Assembly (NCBI RefSeq): GCF_006345805.1
Contig: NW_021829693.1
Span: 1-6,026, forward strand
DNA length: 6,026 nucleotides
Source: Octopus sinensis
Taxonomy: Eukaryota
Direction of reading: 5' to 3'
This document shows, piece by piece, positions 1 through 6,026 of the stretch. Under the pieces are notes generated by a model. That model worked only from the letters and a program-made list of their open reading frames with translations, had not been told where the DNA came from and made no database searches. A program made the position numbers and the translations under genes. The first letter of the stretch is position 1; each line of letters starts with the position of its first letter.

Positions 1-1042
1 TGATATTGATAGCTATTACTTTTTAATTAACTAAGAAGTTTTAAATAAGGCCCTTCTATTCGCGAAAAATCAAATATAAATATAAATGAAACTAATGTTA
101 TTTTAGACGCCAGAAAAACTATTGTAGAGTTTGAAACCCAGTATTGGACTAACATAGATAGTAGGGATGGCTTTGACATAGCTATGGGCTCTGCAGATTT
201 TGCCCAAGTTACAGATTTAGTGGGTATTTATATTCTTTTTATCTTAGGGAGGGATTCTCCTGAAATTCGCAAGGTTTATATAGGGATGATGCCCGAAGTT
301 AGTCTTAATTTCATTACTGGCAACCTTGAGCAATACCATAAATCTAACTCCAATCTTAAGTATATGAATGTAGAAAGCAATCATCCCTGTTCAATAAAGA
401 ATTTTTTGGTTTATAATATCTCTAAAAGAATCCCTAATGTATTGTGTAATAAGGAAATTTTTGACAAAAATGCTAGTTTCTATAATGTGACACTCAACAA
501 ATCTGAGTATAAACAAAGGTTGAAGAATTTTCCTAAAATTATGAACATCAATTTCTCTAACAACATGCCTGTTTATCATGATAGTAAAGATTTGTAACAA
601 ATTGCTATGAATAGTTATAAGGATAGGGTAATTAAGGTTAAACGTCCAAATAAGGAAAACGAGATGCAAAATACGAGAACCAATGTATTGCTGCAATCTT
701 CTAATTATCGCCATACGATTAGGAATATGAGTAATAGAATAAAAAATCAAACTCCTTGTATATTTAATAAGGTTCGAAAATTTGAAAATTAAAATGTATC
801 ACCTGATATGAGCGACAATATTTTTTTTATAATCCAATTCCCCAATCAAATTAAGATTAATTTGGTCGGGGCCTTATACAAACTTTTTTATAAATACTTT
901 ATAATAGAACATAGATATTATGATGTTATTAACCCTAGATTTCTTAATGTTGCCTTTCTGTATGAAATAGCTTGTCTCAAATTATTCTTCAATTAACGAA
1001 AAAATTACCTTATTTTCATAATGATTCTAACCCTAGTAAATG
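1..1042 (+). mobile_element. Degenerate Penelope-like retroelement (PLE), Naiad/Chlamys-type RT core, thumb and linker; GIY-YIG endonuclease absent; continues off the left edge
   Basis: Manual translation. Frame +2 at 2-70 gives DIDSYYFLIN*EVLNKALLFAK (motif A region, cf. FDIxxFYPSIxEELLxKALxFAK). Frame +1 gives ILDARKTIV..W..FDIAMGSADFAQVTDLVGIYIL (motif B, cf. [22 protein letters not shown]). Frame +3 at 273-290 gives GLYRDD (catalytic motif C). Frame +1 resumes with EVSLNFITG..YHKSN..YMNVESNHPCSI..NISKRI..NKEIFDKNASFYNVTLNKSEYK (thumb). At 811-950, DNIFFIIQFPNQIKINLVGALYKLFYKYF..HRYYDVIN resembles the NIIWFNPPFS..TNIGKKFL.LI.KHF linker. Several frameshifts, and TAA stops at 595, 790 and 994. 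Covers ORF-track entries 184..597, 607..792 and 808..996, all in one frame. Confidence 0.88.
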
Positions 1043-1124
1043 TATATATGTATGCATATATATATATATATATCTATATATATATATGACATGCTTATAT
1101 ATATATATAATTATATATGTGTAT
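1041..1124. repeat. Interrupted (TA)n microsatellite
   Basis: Direct reading: tgtatatatgtatgcatatatatatatatatatctatatatatatatgacatgcttatatatatatataattatatatgtgtat. Confidence 0.97.
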
Positions 1125-1258
1125 TCAACATTAAATCTCTGAGCGAGAATTAACAGTAGCAGTACCAAATCGGAAGTGTGTGGATAGCACATGCACAGCT
1201 CGTAGGAAGAAACAAGAGAATTTTTGCGAGGTTGGACAGAAGATTGTAAGCCAACTCT

Positions 1259-1423
1259 GGAGGCGCATGGCCTAGTGGTTAGGGCAGCGGACTCGCGGTC
1301 GCAGGATCGCGGTTTCGATTCTCAGACCGGGCGTTGTGGTGTTGGTTTTATTGAGCGAAAACACCTAAAAGCTCTACAAGGCTCCGGCAGGGTGGTGATC
1401 CCTGCTGTACTCTTTCACCACAA
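1259..1423 (+). mobile_element. tRNA-derived SINE head and body
   Basis: Pol III A box TGGCCTAGTGG (1268-1278) and B-box-like GGTTTCGATTCT (1311-1322) at tRNA-like spacing. No acceptor stem or paired T-stem, so not a tRNA gene. Internal GCAGGG/CCCTGC hairpin (1387-1405). Resembles, from memory, an abundant Octopus SINE. Confidence 0.85.
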
Positions 1424-1502
1424 TGGCGGTGCCCAGCATGGCCCACAGCTCAAGAGCTGAAACTGGAAAAACAAAAACAAAAAACAAAAACAAAACAAAA
1501 AA
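1424..1502 (+). mobile_element. Retroposon 3' tail: stem-loop followed by (AAAAC)n-like A-rich tail
   Basis: tggcggtgcccagcatggcccacagctcaagagctgaaactgg contains the hairpin CAGCT-caag-AGCTG (1446-1459) and is followed by an A/C tail at 1467-1502. This is the usual layout of a LINE/SINE 3' end used in target-primed reverse transcription. Confidence 0.7.
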
Positions 1503-3060
1503 CTGACCTGGCGTCACCTGACAACCAATATGAGGAACTCTTACTAGTATTGGCAGCCACCTGAAGCAACACAGGGGCCAAGGTGGCCATCTCTGACATT
1601 TCTACACAAGTAAAACCAATGGCTATTACCGATACCCTAAATGTACACCAGTATTTTTTCTGAACATCAGGGTCCTTGTAAAGTACCAACAACGCAAAAC
1701 ACTGTGTCTCAGAGACTTTGTGACACGTCATGAATCAGTATGAGTGGCTAATAGAAACACATCTAAACGTGGATACATGAGATGCCGAGATACACATACC
1801 AAAATATGTTGTGTTTCGAACTGACGGGAAAGGAAGAATTCATGTTGGAGTAGCATTGTACTTTCGAGAAGATGCCACGCCTGTGGTCCTGCTGTCACAC
1901 CCAAACGTACTCAGCGAAAATCTGGTGGTACACATTAAACAGATGAAAATAGTAATATGTACCACTTATCGCCCAACATACACTCCAAATCATGGGGACT
2001 CATTTGAAGAGAGTCTCCAAGAAATTAAAGAAGTTTCAACAAACCTGGATAACAGTCTGCACATATTTCTAAGGGATTTCAACCTCCCTTATATCGAATG
2101 GTCTGAGGGATGCCTTCTCTCAGGCATGTCACTGCACGGCCTGAGGCATGTAGAGTCTCTTTTTGGCATGTCTGAAAGAACCACCACGAACATGCTCTTT
2201 ATGGAGTAAATAGTGCTCCACCCAACAAAGGGGAAACATATCCTGGACTTCTGCTTCACAAATAACACGGATCTCATCCAAAAAGGTTAAAGTGACACTA
2301 ACGAGTTTTTTGGGCTATAATTTAATAAAACCAACAATGTATGGTTCAAGAAGACTACAGACATGTAGGCTACAAGTGGAACCCAACAGTACTCCAGTCT
2401 GATTGGAAGGGTATTGAGAAAGAGATAATGGAATGAAACTGATCTGTCAGTCTATGTACGCAAGTAGATATAGACAAAGTTACAACACTTTATGCAGTAA
2501 GTTTTCTCCATAGAAAATACCAAACCAACAGAAAAATATAATTCTCAGTGATAGGAGGATTCTAATGAAACGATGAGCAAAAACTTCAAACATTCTAAAT
2601 GGGCCACTGAAGAATAGCAATGGATCCAGTGTCAAACAAATATTGCTCGAGATCAAGAATGAGCCTAAACACTGCCTTGAAAAAGATGGGACAGGTAAAG
2701 AAACCAGGGCTGTCAGAAATACAGACAAACCCTAAAGCCTTCTACAGATATGCAAAAATGACTGCTTCAGTACGGTACAAAATAGGGTCACTATTCGAAG
2801 AAAATGGCTCGCCGACTGCAGAACCTTAGATGATCAGTGAGATACTGGACATGCATTATAAGAGTGTTTTCACCACTCCATTGGAACATTTGCAAGTAGC
2901 CATGCCTGATGAGTTCTTTGGATTCTCAGCCCTACGAAATGGCAACTATTTATAGCATCAAAATAGAGGAAACCAACTGTGATGTTAGCCATTGATGAAA
3001 TGTGCTCAAACTCAGCCGCGGATCTTGATGGATTACCAGCAATCCTCTAAAGGAATGCAA
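1503..3060 (+). mobile_element. Decayed APE-type non-LTR retrotransposon (LINE, CR1/Jockey/I-group-like) ORF2: endonuclease and linker, truncated before the RT domain
   Basis: FFLNIR (1654-1671); IETHLNVDT*DAEIHIPKYVVFRTDGKGRIHVGVALYFRED (from 1751); YRP (1967-1975); RDFNLP (2072-2089, from GDFNLP); HPTKGKHILDFCFTNN (2219-2266); NPKAFYRYAK (2728-2757); ISEILDMHYKSVFTTP; AIDEMCSNSAADLDGLPAIL (from 2988, cf. AAGPDGFPAILLKEC just ahead of RT). Multiple stops and frameshifts. Includes ORF-track entries 1811..2209 and 2620..2829. Assignment of 1503-1650 to the element is less certain. Confidence 0.9.
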
Positions 3061-3169
3061 CCTGGTTTATAGCTGTGTATATTTGTACTGTTATTAAATA
3101 TTGTATTTAAATTTAAATAGAATTATTGACAGAAGACATTGCCATCATACATTGTTTCTTGTTTTCTAC

Positions 3170-3323
3170 AGAAAAACATGTCTGATCATAGGAAATATTA
3201 CTTTGTTTGGAAATGGATGAGAGTTAGGAACAGGAATTATGTCTGGTTGTAGAAATTCTGCCTCAACAATTTCAATCTAACCCATGCAAGCGTGGAAAGT
3301 GTATGTTAAATGATGATGATGAT
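3170..3323 (+). mobile_element. 3' portion of a SINE or RTE-type retroposon tail ending in (ATG)n
   Basis: Ends in ..cccatgcaagcgtggaaagtgtatgttaa followed by (ATG)4AT at 3310-3323; short tandem-repeat tails are typical of RTE-clade LINEs and their SINEs. Matches, from memory, a common Octopus repeat end (gtagaaaatctgcctcaac..cccatgcaagcatggaaaagtggacgttaaatgatgatg). Left boundary approximate. Confidence 0.6.
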
Positions 3324-3383
3324 ACACACACACACAGAGACACAAACATACAGACACACACACACACACACACATACACACAT

Positions 3384-3431
<48 letters not shown>
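3310..3431. repeat. Compound microsatellite (ATG)n-(CA)n-(TA)n
   Basis: Direct reading: (ATG)4 at 3310-3323, interrupted (CA)n at 3324-3406, (TA)n at 3407-3431. Confidence 0.98.
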
Positions 3432-3432
3432 T

Positions 3433-3590
3433 GCGACGGGTGTCTTTCGGTTTCCCTCTACCAAATCCACTCACAAGGCATTGGTCAGCTCGAGGCTATA
3501 GTAAAAGACCCCTGGTCAAGATGCCACACAGTGAGACTGAACTCGTAACCATGTGGTTGGGAAGCAAGCTGCTTACCACACAACTACGCC
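3433..3590 (-). mobile_element. tRNA-derived SINE, 5' head and body on the minus strand, running into the (TA)n(TG)n tract
   Basis: Minus strand reads ggcgtagttgtgtggtaagcagcttgcttcccaaccacatggttacgagttcagtctcactgtgtggcatc..ccttgtgagtggatttggtagagggaaaccgaaagacacccgtcgc. Degenerate A box TAGTTGTGTGG (3586-3576) and B box GAGTTCAGTCTC (3544-3533). Closely resembles, from memory, a major Octopus SINE that carries an internal (TA)/(TG) tract at this point. Confidence 0.8.
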
Positions 3591-3602
3591 ACTATATTTA
3601 TG

Positions 3603-3711
3603 TACCGTAAATCCTCGAGTATAATCAGCATTCCCCCCCCCCCCCCAATTTAAAGGTCAAATTCCCTAGTGCGTACTATCTACGAGGTTAAAAATGAAAA
3701 ATATTTTCTAA
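3603..3711. mobile_element. One terminus of a pogo/Tigger-like (Tc1/mariner superfamily) DNA transposon or MITE
   Basis: Starts TA-CCGTAAATCCTCGAGTATAAT (3603-3625), similar to the TACCGTA..CG..TATAA ends of pogo-like elements with a TA target. A subterminal inverted copy at 3670-3689 (reverse complement aacctcgtagatagtacgca versus aatcctcgagtataatcagca). No partner terminus in the window. Confidence 0.6.
3633..3646. repeat. C14 homopolymer
   Basis: 14 consecutive C read directly, in otherwise AT-rich DNA. Confidence 0.95.
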
Positions 3712-5239
3712 ACATTTTCGGTTACATCTTGGAGCTCCAAGGACTTCACTGTCTCTTTTGTTCATTGGGTATTTCGTAACAATCTCCTGTTCTTGGATTG
3801 AAAATACATAGCTTTCAATTTATGATGTAAAGGTAACGAGTCGAGGAGAGGCTGCTCTTCTTGTCGATATTATTGTCATATTCAAGTCTTCTGAAAAAAT
3901 ACCCTTGCCTATTCTTCTTTTCGTATGATGAACGTTTCACAAACAAGTCTTCTTTGAGGTATGTCAGTCCGGAAATTAGGGGATTGTATTGGAGTTCATC
4001 AGTTACAGATTGTTTCCTAAGTAATTTGCTAATGGCGCGTAGGATATTATTCTCTTCACTTTTCAGTGCTGTATTTATTTTTGCTGTCTGAGTGAAGTTA
4101 TTCGACATTCGAAGACTATCTGCACTGTTCTCAAGCCTATACCTCCGTTATCTCTTATTAGATAGAGACTATTTTCTCAAGAGATTTCCAATTGATATCA
4201 GGATCCTACGGATTTTAGTATTAATGAAATGGATTTCTTATAGAGAAAGTATCCCAAATGCTGGAATCAGTATTGGCACTGAAAATGCATAGTAAGATAC
4301 TGTCTTGTTGTAAGAGGAGAGTTCCGATCCCATAGTTCCTAAGTCTGGTTCATATTCACGGGTCACAATCTTTATTTAAGACACCATCGTATATGTTTTC
4401 ATCAATACTTAAGTAGTTGTATTCTATGTGTAAAACAGGGGAAAATAGGAAACCATTGATGCACAGGTTTTTGGATATGGGGGACACATTTTCCGCTTTC
4501 GATATGCAAATATGAACATTTGTTTTGGTCAAATTCCATTCCTATGTCAGCTTAAAATGTTATTAATTCCAGCGGTCTTTTGGCATTGTAAACATTTTTA
4601 GAATAAGCCTTGAGGTCATTCACAAAGGAATTATGGATTACATTAATATCTCTAGCAGTTGCAGACCTTAGCAAGCAGTCAGATGTTTATTGTAGCAAGA
4701 ATTATGATGGATTTAATGCCAAAATGAAGAGAATTACTGAAAGAGTATCTCGTTGGAACATTCCCTTGAAATATTTATAACGTTGGAAACGATCGTCCGT
4801 TCTTAGTTCAAAGTGTAAGAATTGTTGTTCAGTTCTTTCCGAGACTCTCAATTGTAGCAATTACGGCAGCAGGCACGCTGCAAAACGTAGACACTTCAGC
4901 AGCCATGAGTTAGGTATAGAATAGAATGCCTTTAATCAAGCCATACTGCTGCAAAGCTCCAACAGCGTTTCTTCTCTTCGAACTCTACAGCTTGTGCATC
5001 AGAAGTTGTTCGGCACATATCCCTGCTCCCTTCTGTCTATCTGCCTGCTCATAAGTCACTATGTTGTTAGACTCACAATGATCCTGGGGGAATTGGTTAA
5101 TGCCGCTTGTGTACAATTTGTACATAACGTTTAGGCAAGAAACAGACTTGTAGTCATCAGGCAAGGTTTCAGTCTTGCCTATAAGATTTGTCCACGTTAT
5201 AGCAATCCAATTTGGCAAACCTTCCATAGTGCTTTGCAA
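3712..5239 (-). mobile_element. Decayed R4/Dong-like (RLE-class) non-LTR retrotransposon RT, thumb and start of zinc knuckle; truncated at both ends
   Basis: Minus strand: LPNWIAITWTNLIGK..DYKSVSCLNVMYKLYTSGINQFPQDHCESNNIVTYEQA..EQLLMHK (ORF 4985..5239); VWLD (4946-4935) then, after a frameshift, KAFYSIPNSWLLKCL; GMFQRDTLSVILFILALNP (from 4764, motif B, cf. GIFQGDSLS); FVNDLK (4626-4609, from FVDDLK); DIGMEF..KC; YLSIDENI; SELSSYNKTV..AFSVPILIPAFGIL; EENNILR..GYFF (ORF 3815..4108); IQEQEIVTKY (from 3798); CNRKC (3726-3712, start of the CCHC knuckle). The restriction-like endonuclease and 3' UTR are absent. Confidence 0.9.
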
Positions 5240-5256
5240 TATATATATACATACAT
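5239..5256. repeat. Short (AT)n(ACAT) microsatellite at the 5' break of the R4/Dong fragment
   Basis: Direct reading: atatatatatacatacat. Confidence 0.85.
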
Positions 5257-5400
5257 TAGTGGTTTTCTGTAAAATATCAGGCTCTTGTAGCAGTATCTGT
5301 TCGTTCCCTTCCCTTTGCCCTCCTATTAAACAGTTTGCTTGTAGCTATGGGGAAAGTTGCATTGAGTCACAATGCACTAAGTTTGAAATCCTGAAATCCC

Positions 5401-5916
5401 TCTTTCGTTCCATGTCCCAACATGGAATCACATGATGATAATTTATTATAACATTAATACTTTCATATACACAGCTGCTGTCACTTTAAAGAACATCTAG
5501 GAAAAATCTGCAGTATACATAATAACGAAACTACTAAACTAGATGGAAAACCATACTTGAAGTAAGCATGAAAATTCTGCGCTGCCATATTGGCTGGTTA
5601 ACAACGATAATAAAATATAAGAGAAGTAATTAGTTTACATCACCAATTACATCTTATGAACAAATTAACAAACTCTAAGGTAAGTCTTCACGGCAAGCCC
5701 TTGAGGGAAGGTTGATTAATCTAAAGCACGAATTCAAGACGCTGAGTGAAACATTCGCTACTATAGGCGAATTTTTGAACGGGCCTGTATAAATCACGAG
5801 TTAGATTCTAGCTTAATGACATTATACAGAGAATAGGAAGGAAGATATTACTTTTAAGAAAGCCCCACCTCTCCAAGAGATTTTGAATCATTCAGGTTGG
5901 GACATGGAACGAAAGA
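5401..5916. repeat. Perfect 21-bp inverted repeat pair with a 474-bp spacer (candidate MITE or fold-back element)
   Basis: 5401-5421 TCTTTCGTTCCATGTCCCAAC is the exact reverse complement of 5896-5916 GTTGGGACATGGAACGAAAGA. The repeat itself is read directly; the MITE interpretation is only a hypothesis. Confidence 0.8.
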
Positions 5917-6026
5917 CATCCAGCGAATCGTTTTACAAACTGACATTAAAGTTACTGGATGTTTTCTTAATCTTGTGAAGAACGGCCTGTCGCTTAACTA
6001 TTGTTTCGAAAAAAGTAGAAAAAAGT

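Noticed and set aside
391-750. 119-aa minus-strand ORF
   Set aside because: Antisense shadow of the PLE coding frame with no recognisable motifs.
595-996. Selenocysteine recoding in the Naiad-like ORF
   Set aside because: The in-frame stops at 595, 790 and 994 are TAA, not TGA, and are best read as decay.
1259-1335. Possible tRNA gene
   Set aside because: A and B boxes are present, but there is no complementary acceptor stem and the T-stem does not pair. It continues into a repeat body, so it is a SINE head.
1224-1460. 78-aa ORF
   Set aside because: Non-ATG start, lies across the GC-rich SINE, and shows no protein-family features.
1450-2728. Minus-strand ORFs 1450..1731, 2089..2277 and 2480..2728
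   Set aside because: Antisense to the LINE ORF2 or the A-rich tail (the FCFVFVF run comes from the AAAAC repeat).
3153-3170. Splice-acceptor-like tttcttgttttctacag
   Set aside because: The downstream sequence appears to be a retroposon tail with early stops, and no matching donor or open exon was found.
3277-3548. ORFs with HTHT, CVCV and YIYI runs (3277..3474, 3303..3548, 3310..3501)
   Set aside because: Translations of stop-free microsatellite; not His-rich or Cys-rich proteins.
3861-4292. Two abutting plus-strand ORFs separated by one in-frame TGA (possible readthrough or selenocysteine)
   Set aside because: They lie antisense to the clearly recognisable R4 RT thumb, have Leu/Ser/Phe-rich shadow composition, and no SECIS is evident.
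5175-5435. 86-aa plus-strand ORF
   Set aside because: Non-ATG start, spans the antisense R4 end and a microsatellite, and has no recognisable domain.
5677-5685. Consensus splice donor AAG|GTAAGT
   Set aside because: All three upstream frames contain stops and no good acceptor defines an exon. A non-coding exon cannot be excluded without RNA data.
5753-5772. Hairpin ATTCGC-tactatag-GCGAAT as a possible Helitron 3' end or terminator
   Set aside because: No CTRR terminus at the expected distance on either strand; a 6-bp stem is expected by chance.
5777-5990. Near-direct repeat gaacg(g)gcctgt at 5777-5788 and 5980-5990
   Set aside because: Only 11 bp with an indel and no further similarity in the flanks; compatible with chance.

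Overview
AT-rich, non-genic eukaryotic (animal) DNA made almost entirely of nested, decayed transposable elements and microsatellites. In order: a degenerate Penelope-like retroelement RT of Naiad/Chlamys type (1-1042, +); a (TA)n tract; a tRNA-derived SINE head joined to a stem-loop plus A-rich 3' tail (1259-1502, +); a decayed APE-endonuclease LINE ORF2 cut off just before its RT (1503-3060, +); two convergent SINE fragments sharing a compound (ATG)/(CA)/(TA) microsatellite (about 3170-3590); one end of a pogo/Tigger-like DNA transposon (3603-3711); a decayed R4/Dong-type non-LTR RT (3712-5239, -); and an unexplained right end containing a perfect 21-bp inverted repeat pair (5401-5421 / 5896-5916). 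The SINEs resemble repeats I recall from Octopus genomes, so a cephalopod source is likely (recollection, not a search result). No intact gene, true tRNA or CRISPR array is visible, and I see no convincing new biological system. The best leads are the inverted-repeat-bounded 516-bp segment, the SINE/LINE-tail junction, and the unusually long in-frame linker of the Penelope-like element.
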